From a virus (lineage: Duplodnaviria > Caudoviricetes), in the IMG/VR virus record IMGVR_UViG_3300007735_000616, positions 1 to 32,227 of that record: a stretch of DNA of 32,227 nt; one strand, 5' to 3'. Positions 7,678 through 16,334 of this stretch are shown here, piece after piece. A program made the position numbers and the translations under genes. Every line of letters begins with the position of its first letter. The stretch's first letter is position 1. A model generated the notes under the pieces. That model saw only the letters and a list, made by a program, of their open reading frames with translations, was not told where the DNA came from and made no database searches.

Positions 7678-7979
7678 TAGTAGACCTCGTAACCTGCAAT
7701 ATGGAAGTCAACTGCAGTTGTAGATGCAGAACCAGTAATGGTTTCGCCATTGTAGATAATCTGCTCTAGGTCAATAAACTGAGTAGAGTTAGCAGCAAGG
7801 GCAATACTTGATACCAATGGTATGGTAGCCAAGTTAATGGTTGCAGTAGCAGTTGATGCTGTGTCATTAACAATAGCAATATTAGTTACTGCTACGGCTA
7901 TGCTTGATGGAGATGTGTATAGCGTTGTATTAGAGGTTGCTGCTGCACCTCGGTACAGGGTTAGGGATGTGTCTGCCAT
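7677..7979 (-). CDS. Small virion/fibre-associated protein, paralog of 10039-10368
   Basis: TTLYTSPS...NIAIVN...IALAANST...FHIAGYE pattern parallels TTAYTVPS...TIAVCN...IAPQDT...FNLFGSE. AAGGA RBS. Confidence 0.7.
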   Translation of the reverse strand: MADTSLTLYRGAAATSNTTLYTSPSSIAVAVTNIAIVNDTASTATATINLATIPLVSSIALAANSTQFIDLEQIIYNGETITGSASTTAVDFHIAGYEVY

Positions 7980-7987
7980 TTTGTTCC

Positions 7988-8155
7988 TTACTCTCCTACT
8001 GGAGCGATAAATTTACCATCAACATAGGTTCCACCAATTTGAGGTACTGTGTATTCAATACAGGTAAGACCTGTTACTTCTTCGGCAATCGCTTGTGACT
8101 CTGCAACTATACAGTTCTCAACGACTCCATTATTGATTACAGCAAAATTTGCCAT
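7988..8155 (-). CDS. 55-aa hypothetical protein (MANFAVINNGVVENCIVAESQ...IGGTYVDGKFIAPVGE), fibre-chaperone-like
   Basis: Hand-translated. TAATG overlap with the upstream gene and fills the gap. This N-terminal pattern is common beside Gly-rich fibre genes. Confidence 0.75.
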   Translation of the reverse strand: MANFAVINNGVVENCIVAESQAIAEEVTGLTCIEYTVPQIGGTYVDGKFIAPVGE

Positions 8156-8838
8156 TATTTATATTCCTTTCGTGACCAGAATTGTCGTTTGTAAGAGTTA
8201 AAGAACAATGTCTTTAATTTTCTATTTATCTTTTCTTGCTCTTGTCGCTCTTTATCAGAGCCTATTTTGTGTTCCCAAGACTCTCGTTTAAATGGTATTA
8301 CCTGAGCCATAGGAGTTCCTGCTGGGATTATTCCCTCCCATTTGACATCATTAAGTACAAATGGAAAATTAACTGGGGCTTTATAGGTATCAGTATCTAC
8401 CACTCCTTCAAGGATAGTAAACACAGATTCCCTATGCATTGGTTGTGTAAATAAAACCGAATATCCAGGTGGGGTAGCAATTGCATAAGGATTTACCCAT
8501 TTAGGATATGGCGCTTCATTTCTTGCTGGATGCAATGGGGCTTGTTCTATTGGATGAAAAGAAATAGCACCCTGGTCTGACCAAGTATAGTAAGGCAAAT
8601 CATCTGCTCTTGATACTTGTATATCTACCTGAGTATAAAGAATATAACCAGCAGTTATAGCATCAAATACAGGTATACATTTTTTAACTGTATGTGGTGT
8701 ATTTGTACCATCAACTTTTTTACCTTGATTACCAGTATACTCTGGTGTATTTCTATACCACTCAGGTACTTCCTTTACTGCTGGCTTGGGTGGAAAAAAA
8801 TCCAACCCAAGCACATTAGTAAATGTTATCTCTTTCAT
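8155..8838 (-). CDS. DUF6065-like protein (predicted dUTPase-like beta fold, function unknown)
   Basis: TVKKCIPVFDAITAGY, KWVNPY, TPPGYSVLF, GVVDTD, NFPF and GTPMAQVIPFKRE motifs. Confidence 0.65.
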   Translation of the reverse strand: MKEITFTNVLGLDFFPPKPAVKEVPEWYRNTPEYTGNQGKKVDGTNTPHTVKKCIPVFDAITAGYILYTQVDIQVSRADDLPYYTWSDQGAISFHPIEQAPLHPARNEAPYPKWVNPYAIATPPGYSVLFTQPMHRESVFTILEGVVDTDTYKAPVNFPFVLNDVKWEGIIPAGTPMAQVIPFKRESWEHKIGSDKERQEQEKINRKLKTLFFNSYKRQFWSRKEYK

Positions 8839-8860
8839 CTTGCCCCCTTGTTTGTTTTAA

Positions 8861-10039
8861 CTATTTAACATATAAAATTATTCTACCAGTACCACCAGAA
8901 CCACCTACGCCACCTGCTTGGTTAGTTTGGTTTCCACCACCACCACCACCTCCACCAGCACCAACGCCAGTAGCAGATGTACCATCTTTAGTAACATTAT
9001 TACCATATCCACCTCTACCTGAACCACCTATTGCAAATATGCCATAGTCATTAGGAGTATTTGATGATGTGTCTTGAGCCCAATCGCCACCAGGACCAGA
9101 ACCATAAGCATTATTAGATGGAAGTATTGCTGCTATATTAGTTACACCTGTAATATTAGATGTTGAATTTTGTAAACTTCCACCCATATTGTCGTAAATA
9201 TTGCTTGACCGACCACGACCACCATTTGAACCACCAGCAGTAAATGCACCAGAAACATTGCTTGAAGCAGTACCGCCAGTACCACCATTACCTGATTGAT
9301 TTTGTCCAGCATTTTGTACACCGTATCCACCATTACCGCCAGTACCGCCATTAGTAGTAGCAATATCTGTACCACCGTAGGTAATCTTAGATATTCCACC
9401 AGTACCACCAGTACCACCAGTTTGTCCTGTGCCACCATTATATGGACCTGCAGTACCTGAATTACCTGAAGCACCAACAGTAATAGTTACAGTTTGTCCA
9501 GCAGTTACTGAAAAATCTTTAAAGCCAGTAATTGAACCAGCACCACCGCCACCTGCGCCACTAGCAAAAAGACCCGCAGAGTTAACACTTCCTCCGCCAC
9601 CCCCACCGCCTCCGCCTCCTGCTGAAATTACATAAGCAGCAATTTGAGTAACACCAGTAGGAACTGTGTATGTTGCACTACTATTGTATGTGCTTTGTAA
9701 AGAATAAACAGAAGGTATTACTAATCCAGTTATTGCTGCTAATGTAGCACCAAGACCATTGTAGTTTTGTCCAGCAATACTTACATTATAAGTTGCACCA
9801 CCAGTAAATCCAGAAACTGTTGTTGGAGAAGTAGTTAAAGTTGTAGTTACCGTTGTACCAGTAGTAGATGTACCAGTTACTACATAAGAAGTTGCTGCAG
9901 GACCAAGTGTACTTGGTGTGTAAGCAATAGTTACATTTGTAGTATCTGCTGCAGTTGTAGCAGTTGATGTAGTAGGACTTGTAGGTCTTGCGTAGTTTCT
10001 TGTAGCCTTAATTGGCTTTCTAGTATTATTTACAGCCAT
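8861..10039 (-). CDS. Glycine-rich tail fibre/adhesin with N-terminal fibronectin III-like domain
   Basis: SPTTVSGFTGGATYNVSIAGQNYNG (FN3-like), YTVPTGVT, many GGxGG runs, and C-terminal GGSGGTGRIILY. Confidence 0.75.
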   Translation of the reverse strand: MAVNNTRKPIKATRNYARPTSPTTSTATTAADTTNVTIAYTPSTLGPAATSYVVTGTSTTGTTVTTTLTTSPTTVSGFTGGATYNVSIAGQNYNGLGATLAAITGLVIPSVYSLQSTYNSSATYTVPTGVTQIAAYVISAGGGGGGGGGGSVNSAGLFASGAGGGGAGSITGFKDFSVTAGQTVTITVGASGNSGTAGPYNGGTGQTGGTGGTGGISKITYGGTDIATTNGGTGGNGGYGVQNAGQNQSGNGGTGGTASSNVSGAFTAGGSNGGRGRSSNIYDNMGGSLQNSTSNITGVTNIAAILPSNNAYGSGPGGDWAQDTSSNTPNDYGIFAIGGSGRGGYGNNVTKDGTSATGVGAGGGGGGGGNQTNQAGGVGGSGGTGRIILYVK

Positions 10040-10368
10040 TACGCAATCTCGCTTCCAAATAGATTGAATGTTAATGTTGCGTGTCCTGCGTATACAGTCA
10101 CAACATCAGTAGCATCTAGGGTTATTCCAATAGTTAAAGTTACGGTATCTTGTGGGGCTATAGTTGCATCATAGGCTATGTAATGTTTAGTAGCCAGAGT
10201 TTCCCCATTAGGTCTTACCGCAATACGGTATGTAGTTGGATAAGCACCTGTATTACAAACTGCAATAGTAGATATTACAGTTTCTGTAGCAGACGGCACG
10301 GTATATGCTGTCGTTGCTGTTGTTGCGCTGGGATTGACCTGACCCAGCACTTTATATGTTGCAGCCAA
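10039..10368 (-). CDS. Small virion/fibre-associated protein (109 aa)
   Basis: TTG start with GGAG RBS immediately after the tail fibre gene; beta-rich. Confidence 0.7.
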   Translation of the reverse strand: MAATYKVLGQVNPSATTATTAYTVPSATETVISTIAVCNTGAYPTTYRIAVRPNGETLATKHYIAYDATIAPQDTVTLTIGITLDATDVVTVYAGHATLTFNLFGSEIA

Positions 10369-10369
10369 G

Positions 10370-12244
10370 TTAGGCTCCCATCAGTAGTAGTGGATTGAAT
10401 GTTTCACCTTGTGCTGTTCCTGTGGATGCAGAGGTGATTCTACCATAAGCATCAACTGTTATAGTAGAAAGAGTATATGTCGCAGCAGTTACACCGCTTG
10501 TTGATAAATCTACTGTTGGAGCAGTTGATGTACCACCAACAGTAATTCTTGTTGTTGCTCCCGAAGTAACCGAAGTTACTGGAGTTGTTCCGTTAGAGGC
10601 TGCAGTTATACGACCTTGAGCATCTACAGTTAAACTTGTATAGGTATATGCTCCAGCAGATACTGCAGTATTGGCTAGGTCTAGGGTTACGGTTCCAGAG
10701 GTACCACCACCTGATAAACCAGTACCAGCAGTTACGCCAGTAATGTCACCTGGGTTAGGTAGTATCCACTTAAGTCCTGTAGATTCAGCAGAGTCAACAC
10801 TTAAGACATAACCATTGGTAGAAGCAACAGTTAAGGTTGCAGGGGTTCCAGCAGTAGTTGCGCTGACTAATGCGCCTTTAGCAGTCCATAGAGACTTATC
10901 TACGAAGTTAGATGTATCGGCTGCAACAATCTGCCAAGCACTTCCTGTGTATACCTTCATAGCAGGAATTGCAGTATTGAAATATAAAGCACCTGTAATT
11001 AGTGGGTTGCCATCATTATCTACAGTTGGGTCAGATGACTTAGCCCCAAGGTATCTATCATCAAAACTGTCATAAGAAGCAGCAGCACTTGAAGCAGATG
11101 TGGCTGCTGAGTTAGCAGAGGTTACTGCTGATGAGGCTGATGTGGCTGCACTAGATGCAGAGGTAGATGCAGCAGTTGCACTCGCTGCAGCAGAGGTAGC
11201 AGATGTTGATGCTGCACTTGCTGAGTTAGATGCTGATGTTGCTGAAGTTGCTGCAGCACTTGCACTATTACTAGCAGAGGTTGCTGAAGTCGCAGCAGCA
11301 GCAGCAGAATTAGAAGCATTGGTTGCTTGAGTACTGGCACTACTTGCAGATGTAGAGGCACTTGATGCACTAGTAGCAGCAGCACTTGCACTTGCTGAAG
11401 CAGCAGATGCTGAGTTAGAAGCAGAGGTAGCAGAGGTTGCTGCGCTTGATGCGCTAGTAGCAGCACTTGCTGCTGAGGTTGCTGCTGCAGTTGCAGAACC
11501 TAGAATGCTATCTACATAATCCTTTGGAGTAGCAGATGATGAAATCATACCTGCACTAGATAGACCAGTAATAGTTGGGCTACCTGAGATTGTAGGGCTA
11601 GTTAAAGTCTTGTTAGTTAAAGTCTGTGTAGCAGTATCAATTACTACGTTACCAGTTGTGTTAGGTAAAGTAATTGTATTGTCTTGAGTAGGGTCAACTA
11701 CTGTAAGAGTTGTCTCATAGGCATCTGCAGTAGTACCTTCAAATACAAGAACTGCTCCAGCCGAAGCGGTTCCAGTAATTGTTGGGTCACTAATTGCTGG
11801 AGATGTAAGAGTCTTGTTAGTAAGAGTTTGTGTCTTAAGTGTACCTACTACGTCACCTTCACCAGAGGCAATACCGTGCATAGATTGTGCATTACCTGCA
11901 CCATCATTGTATGAAGCACTTGCTTGTGTGTGTAGGTTAGCATCACGATAATCACGACCAATTGCCATATGTCTGACAACTGCACCTGCTGAGTGTTCTT
12001 GAGCGGATGAACCGTCAATGGCACGAGTAATTGTAAAAGTATTAGTGGATACCGTCGTCGCATCTACAATTTCTTCAAGAGCGGTATCTGGGTCAATAAC
12101 TAATGTGAACGTTCTTCCTGCTGGAATAGTTACACCACCTAGTAAGGCGGAACCTGATACAACAGTTATTGATGTTGTACCAGCAGTAATTGCTGAAGTC
12201 AGAGTTGTCTGCTGTGAGCGGGATGAATATTGGCGAGTTGGCAT
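10370..12244 (-). CDS. Tail fibre protein with Ser/Ala/Thr coiled-coil shaft
   Basis: TQTLTNKTLTSP twice, a long ASAAATSA heptad region, FDDRYLGAK, GALYFNT, and TVDAQGRITAAS / TVDAYGRITSAS repeats. Confidence 0.85.
   Translation of the reverse strand: MPTRQYSSRSQQTTLTSAITAGTTSITVVSGSALLGGVTIPAGRTFTLVIDPDTALEEIVDATTVSTNTFTITRAIDGSSAQEHSAGAVVRHMAIGRDYRDANLHTQASASYNDGAGNAQSMHGIASGEGDVVGTLKTQTLTNKTLTSPAISDPTITGTASAGAVLVFEGTTADAYETTLTVVDPTQDNTITLPNTTGNVVIDTATQTLTNKTLTSPTISGSPTITGLSSAGMISSSATPKDYVDSILGSATAAATSAASAATSASSAATSATSASNSASAASASASAAATSASSASTSASSASTQATNASNSAAAAATSATSASNSASAAATSATSASNSASAASTSATSAAASATAASTSASSAATSASSAVTSANSAATSASSAAASYDSFDDRYLGAKSSDPTVDNDGNPLITGALYFNTAIPAMKVYTGSAWQIVAADTSNFVDKSLWTAKGALVSATTAGTPATLTVASTNGYVLSVDSAESTGLKWILPNPGDITGVTAGTGLSGGGTSGTVTLDLANTAVSAGAYTYTSLTVDAQGRITAASNGTTPVTSVTSGATTRITVGGTSTAPTVDLSTSGVTAATYTLSTITVDAYGRITSASTGTAQGETFNPLLLMGA
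11075..11500 (-). repeat. Degenerate Ala/Ser/Thr coding repeat (about 7/14-aa period)
   Basis: AATSASSAATSATSASNSAS... recurs for about 140 aa with diversified codons. Confidence 0.8.
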
Positions 12245-12252
12245 TTATGTTC

Positions 12253-13173
12253 CTATCGGCTGTAGTGAACTCGTGGGGGATATTGACCTTGTATTGCTGC
12301 AATTTCTTCTTTTAGGCGTTGAGAATAAAGTGCATAAAGTTGTTTTGTTGCGCTGGCTGCAGCGTTGTATGGACGCTTGCCATCTGTCTCATCAGCCTGT
12401 GGACTGACCTGACCTGCTCGTGCTGGGTCAAGATATGTTAGTAATCTATATGAAGCACCTAGAACAACAATATCTTTAGATGACTCAGCATAACCAGTAA
12501 CAGTTGTGTAAACATCATTAGCGTTTACAAAGGTGTTAGGTGTAGTTAAGTAAACAACCTTAACTATACGACCTGCTGTAATATAATCTGAGATAGTTAC
12601 TGTTTGAGCACTACTACCCCAGACACTTGAGTCTGCGAATGAATCAAAGTCCCAACGTCGTATTGGAATCCATTCTTCTGTAGGACCAACATCTTGCCAG
12701 TCAAGGCGGATAATGCGGTCAATGTTTAAATTATTAAATCCATAAGTATTTACTGCTGCATTGTAGGTAAATGTAGTTTGCTTAACAGCCAACAACTGTG
12801 AACCCATTGCATTAATTGTGTCGTTAATCGCCCTCTGTATTGAGAAGCGTGGAAAGATTGGAGAGATTGTGACCTTAGTATCTATGGCGTGAGTAGTAGC
12901 AGTAGTGCCTAAATACCCTCTACCGTATGGAGCAATAGTTGCAGTATTAGCAACACGGTCAAATGAATCAACCCATAATAATTCACTATCAATCTCAAGC
13001 ACACCTTTACCTACGTTATCAGTAGAACCCAAACTTAAGATAGTTGGATTGCTACTAGGTGATGTAGTAGAGGTAACTGCAGATGATAAGTATGTAGAAC
13101 GTTCTTGCTGGAAAGTGTATCCAGACAAGTTCATTAATACTTCATCAATAAGACTTGATAGTGTGGTTGTCAT
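12253..13173 (-). CDS. Head-to-tail adaptor / tail tubular protein A-like
   Basis: 306 aa between the head genes and the fibre. Helical N- and C-termini with a beta insertion (RGYLGTTATTH). Confidence 0.6.
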   Translation of the reverse strand: MTTTLSSLIDEVLMNLSGYTFQQERSTYLSSAVTSTTSPSSNPTILSLGSTDNVGKGVLEIDSELLWVDSFDRVANTATIAPYGRGYLGTTATTHAIDTKVTISPIFPRFSIQRAINDTINAMGSQLLAVKQTTFTYNAAVNTYGFNNLNIDRIIRLDWQDVGPTEEWIPIRRWDFDSFADSSVWGSSAQTVTISDYITAGRIVKVVYLTTPNTFVNANDVYTTVTGYAESSKDIVVLGASYRLLTYLDPARAGQVSPQADETDGKRPYNAAASATKQLYALYSQRLKEEIAAIQGQYPPRVHYSR

Positions 13174-13439
13174 TAGATGCTCCTCAATGCGTCAACTGCT
13201 GATAAATTTGTTGTCCCAGCCAACTCATTACAAATAGCATTAAGAGCCTTAAAATCATCAGGTTGACGATTTGCGTCTGCTTTGTAATTAAGCGCACCAA
13301 TTAATGCTTTGCCAGATGTTCCAGCCCAATCATTTGCAGCACCAACTGCTGCTAGGTATGAAGTTAGAACTGGATAAGTTCCGCCATTTGCAAGACGATT
13401 AAGTTCATCTACGAATGAACTACCTGCTGTACCTGCCAT
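13173..13439 (-). CDS. Hypothetical virion protein (88 aa)
   Basis: TAATG-coupled at both ends within the late operon. Confidence 0.7.
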   Translation of the reverse strand: MAGTAGSSFVDELNRLANGGTYPVLTSYLAAVGAANDWAGTSGKALIGALNYKADANRQPDDFKALNAICNELAGTTNLSAVDALRSI

Positions 13440-13597
13440 TACTTAGCCTTTCTTTTTACCGCAGCATTATCTACCAAATTTGGATATGGTCTACCTGCTG
13501 CTTTAGCCCTTGCTTTTGCTCTAGCCTTTTGTGCTGGAGTTAATGGAGTAGATTTCTTATTAGGGTTTTTCTTTTCCCAAAACTTTTTCTTTTTCAT
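13439..13597 (-). CDS. 52-aa basic protein (MKKKKFWEKKNPNKKSTPLTPAQKARAKARAKAAGRPYPNLVDNAAVKRKAK)
   Basis: Hand-translated; TAATG overlaps at both ends. Confidence 0.8.
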   Translation of the reverse strand: MKKKKFWEKKNPNKKSTPLTPAQKARAKARAKAAGRPYPNLVDNAAVKRKAK

Positions 13598-13743
13598 TAT
13601 TTTACCTTCTTAGGTTTTCTATGAGTAACGACTTTGCTAGATGCTGTGTGCTTTGCTCCAGTATGAATTTGTCCATTCATCTTATGAACAGCACCTTTAT
13701 ACTCTTTTCCATTTTTTAAATAGTGTTTAGATTTTGCACTCAT
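13597..13743 (-). CDS. 48-aa basic His/Lys protein (MSAKSKHYLKNGKEYKGAVHKMNGQIHTGAKHTASSKVVTHRKPKKVK)
   Basis: Hand-translated; TAATG overlaps at both ends. Confidence 0.8.
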   Translation of the reverse strand: MSAKSKHYLKNGKEYKGAVHKMNGQIHTGAKHTASSKVVTHRKPKKVK

Positions 13744-14000
13744 TACCATTTCACCTTATCTGCCCAATATGCTGCAGACATTTTGCCTTTAGCAATATTC
13801 TTTTTGTGACGTGCTTTAAATGATTTCTGACGAGCCGTTGGTTTCTTATCCCCAGTTACACCCTGTTGTCCAAATCGGATAGTTTTTACTTGACTTCCTT
13901 CTTTAGCCACAACTACGTGCGACTTAGTAGGATGACTAGGAGTTCTCTTTGGTTTATTAAAACCAGATACTCCTGCTCTTTTTAATCTTGAGTCTTTCAT
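13743..14000 (-). CDS. 85-aa basic protein
   Basis: In the ORF track. KTIRFGQQG, SFKARH and SAAYWADKVKW motifs; K/R-rich; GGGG RBS. Confidence 0.85.
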   Translation of the reverse strand: MKDSRLKRAGVSGFNKPKRTPSHPTKSHVVVAKEGSQVKTIRFGQQGVTGDKKPTARQKSFKARHKKNIAKGKMSAAYWADKVKW

Positions 14001-14141
14001 TTATTTCCCCTTAATAACTTCTTTAGTCTTTGGGTCAAGACGCATTTTTTCACGTCCGTCTTTACGGAGAATAACAATTACACCGTCTCGCATAATTGAT
14101 TTATTCCAACCGTCGTGACGTTTACGCTGACCCGAAGACAT
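14001..14141 (-). CDS. 46-aa basic protein (MSSGQRKRHDGWNKSIMRDGVIVILRKDGREKMRLDPKTKEVIKGK)
   Basis: Hand-translated. TAATG at the start; the stop abuts the next ATG. Confidence 0.75.
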   Translation of the reverse strand: MSSGQRKRHDGWNKSIMRDGVIVILRKDGREKMRLDPKTKEVIKGK

Positions 14142-14296
14142 TACTTCTTCTTTGACATCCCAGCCTGAGATAAAGCAATAGCAACTGCCTGTTTCTTAGA
14201 CTTTACTTTTTTCTTAGATTTACCAATGTTAAGAGTTCCAGCCTTGTACTCTTTCATAACCTTGGAAATTTTCTTTTTCGCTGCTGACTTCTTCAT
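14141..14296 (-). CDS. 51-aa Lys-rich protein, DUF6496-like (MKKSAAKKKISKVMKEYKAGTLNIGKSKKKVKSKKQAVAIALSQAGMSKKK)
   Basis: Hand-translated. The KVMKEYKAGTL...KQAVAIALS pattern resembles DUF6496 (from memory). TAATG at both ends. Confidence 0.8.
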   Translation of the reverse strand: MKKSAAKKKISKVMKEYKAGTLNIGKSKKKVKSKKQAVAIALSQAGMSKKK

Positions 14297-14442
14297 TACT
14301 TCTTCTTGCCCATTTTCTTCATAACCATTTTCTTAGCAACTTTTTTCATACCCTTTTTGGCTTCCATTCTTTTTTCTTTTTTGGATTCCATCTTCTCGTA
14401 TGCTTTATATCCTGCTGCCATTTTCTTTCCCATTTTTGCCAT
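14296..14442 (-). CDS. 48-aa Lys/Met-rich protein (MAKMGKKMAAGYKAYEKMESKKKKRMEAKKGMKKVAKKMVMKKMGKKK)
   Basis: Hand-translated; TAATG overlaps at both ends. Confidence 0.75.
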   Translation of the reverse strand: MAKMGKKMAAGYKAYEKMESKKEKRMEAKKGMKKVAKKMVMKKMGKKK

Positions 14443-14756
14443 TAGATGTGTCCTATCTCTCTCATAATTTGTGCTGATTTTTTATTTATGTGTTTGGTTG
14501 GTGGCATCTTCTCAGCGTTATACGCTTTGCCTAATGTCTCACTAGCCTTAACAGCCTCCTGGATTTTCTTCATTGAAGTTCCAGCAGGTTGGATGCCCTG
14601 AGACCTAGCCTCTTTATAGGCAACCAATTCTTTGTTGAATGCTTTATTACTCATCATCCTGCGACTATCAGCGTCTCCTGCATTCATTTGAAGACCTAGC
14701 CCTTTACAACCAAAGCAATCTTCTACATACTCTGGGTGATATTCCCAATGTTTCAT
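14442..14756 (-). CDS. Hypothetical protein with N-terminal His/CxxC motif
   Basis: HWEYHPEYVEDCFGCK; AAGGA RBS. Confidence 0.75.
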   Translation of the reverse strand: MKHWEYHPEYVEDCFGCKGLGLQMNAGDADSRRMMSNKAFNKELVAYKEARSQGIQPAGTSMKKIQEAVKASETLGKAYNAEKMPPTKHINKKSAQIMREIGHI

Positions 14757-14763
14757 ATGTTCC

Positions 14764-15036
14764 TTATATTGCTGTAAAATTTGCTGCAGTTACACCTACA
14801 CCGCCAGCAATTAGTGCAGCCTTAATTGTATCATCTACTGTGTAATTATATCCGCCACGATAAACCTGCGGATACTGTGTTAAGTCTTCATCTAATGGAT
14901 AACGTATTTGTTTATATGTTCCACTAGTTTGCATAACAATTGTTAAGCCCCTATCTAATTTAAAGAATTCAAAAAGACGGTGCTGTCCTGCTGGACCTTC
15001 CATAGTGGTAGGCGTTTTAAAAAGCCAATCAGTCAT
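14764..15036 (-). CDS. Hypothetical protein following the major capsid gene (90 aa)
   Basis: Start reassigned to ATG 15036, which has a GGAGG RBS. The track start at 15057 lies at the base of a hairpin. Confidence 0.75.
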   Translation of the reverse strand: MTDWLFKTPTTMEGPAGQHRLFEFFKLDRGLTIVMQTSGTYKQIRYPLDEDLTQYPQVYRGGYNYTVDDTIKAALIAGGVGVTAANFTAI

Positions 15037-15056
15037 AAGTCCTCCTAATGAACTCA

Positions 15057-15090
15057 TCCCAAGAGATAGACTTTCATCTATCTCTCAGAA
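15057..15090 (-). promoter_or_regulatory. GAAA-tetraloop hairpin after the capsid gene (stabiliser or weak terminator)
   Basis: TTCTGAGAGATAGAT-GAAA-GTCTATCTCTTGGGA, 15 bp including G-U pairs on the minus strand. No clear U-tract. Confidence 0.65.
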
Positions 15091-15098
15091 TCAATCAA

Positions 15099-16301
15099 CT
15101 ACTCAGCAGCGATTGAGGAACCAGATGTGATTCTGTATAGAGCCTCGTTACGATAAATCGCAAAGCCAAGTACTCCGTACCAACCCATTGGGCGGAAACG
15201 CATTAACTTGTCAGTTACGTTACCAATAACGATATGTGGCTCTTCAGCAACAGCCTCAGCCATAGCCTGTGAACCAGCAACAATTGTGTCAAAGACACGA
15301 GTTACTGGAGTTACGGTTACAACTGTTGTAGCAGTTACTGCTGCTGTATTAGCAGTATCAACTGTGAAAGTTGTGGTTGAACCAGATGTTGAGATAGCAG
15401 TAATCTTGGCACCAGAAGCGATACCTGTTCCTGCAACCTTATCTCCGACCTCTGCACGAGTTGCGATAACAGCAGTAGAAGCAACACCGAATGTGAATCC
15501 AGCAGAAGTTCCTGCAACTGTTACTGCAGTTGTAGCAAGAGCGGTTTGGTTAGCACCTGATTTAGCGCTGTATAGACGTGGAGACTCTACGAAGAATGAA
15601 CCTTCGTAATCTCCAATTTCGCCAGCCCAGATGTTTTTAACTGCTGGGTCTGATTGTGCGTGAACAAAGTTCCAGCCCAAGTTTCCAGTCTCTGCACGAA
15701 GGTCGTGAGAAACTTCTGGGTGGATACCAGTCCAGTATAATGAACCACGACGTGCTTTAGCCTTGTTAGAACGTAGAAGAGCAACAGCCCTGCGGATGTT
15801 TGCTGATGTAATCGTATCTGTGGCTGCAACAGTTGCTACAGAGGTTGCGGAACCTGAGTAGATGTTGTTTGTACCAGAACGTAGTGTGGTCATTGCAACT
15901 TGGTCAATTGAGTCTGCCAAGTTGTAGGCAATAATGTTAGCAATTGCAGGGTCAACATCTGCTAATGAGAATAACTCAAGAGCACGTGTTACTAGAACTG
16001 CATTGCCGTACTCGTTTAGAGTAACTGTTACAGATGTTGGAGTAGATAATGCTACTGCATCTGGGTCAGTTGTCTCTGTTAGAGTTGATGTAGCAGCGCT
16101 AAGGTCTGTATACTTTTGTAGTACTACAGTTTGCCCTGGCATTGCTTGGCGTGCTGGACGCTTATCTGCGACTGAACGAATTAGTGGTTCGGCGCGGAGA
16201 GCGAATTCCAGAAGACGGTCATACGCCTTCTGTACAAGACCAGCACCACCTACTGTACCGCCCAGCGAGGTGCTGGAGGTATCTGTATATTGATTAGGCA
16301 T
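15099..16301 (-). CDS. Major capsid protein (HK97 fold, N4-gp56-like family)
   Basis: VTLNEYGN, IHPEVSHDLR, GEIGDYEG.FFVESPR and DKLMRFRPMGWYG motifs. Follows the scaffold gene; GGAG RBS. Confidence 0.9.
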   Translation of the reverse strand: MPNQYTDTSSTSLGGTVGGAGLVQKAYDRLLEFALRAEPLIRSVADKRPARQAMPGQTVVLQKYTDLSAATSTLTETTDPDAVALSTPTSVTVTLNEYGNAVLVTRALELFSLADVDPAIANIIAYNLADSIDQVAMTTLRSGTNNIYSGSATSVATVAATDTITSANIRRAVALLRSNKAKARRGSLYWTGIHPEVSHDLRAETGNLGWNFVHAQSDPAVKNIWAGEIGDYEGSFFVESPRLYSAKSGANQTALATTAVTVAGTSAGFTFGVASTAVIATRAEVGDKVAGTGIASGAKITAISTSGSTTTFTVDTANTAAVTATTVVTVTPVTRVFDTIVAGSQAMAEAVAEEPHIVIGNVTDKLMRFRPMGWYGVLGFAIYRNEALYRITSGSSIAAE

Positions 16302-16334
16302 TGTTTTAGTCTCCTATGACTATGAACGGATAAG

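Noticed and set aside
6971-12244. Diversity-generating retroelement or invertible fibre cassette
   Set aside because: No reverse transcriptase, invertase or near-identical template/variable repeat pair was seen.
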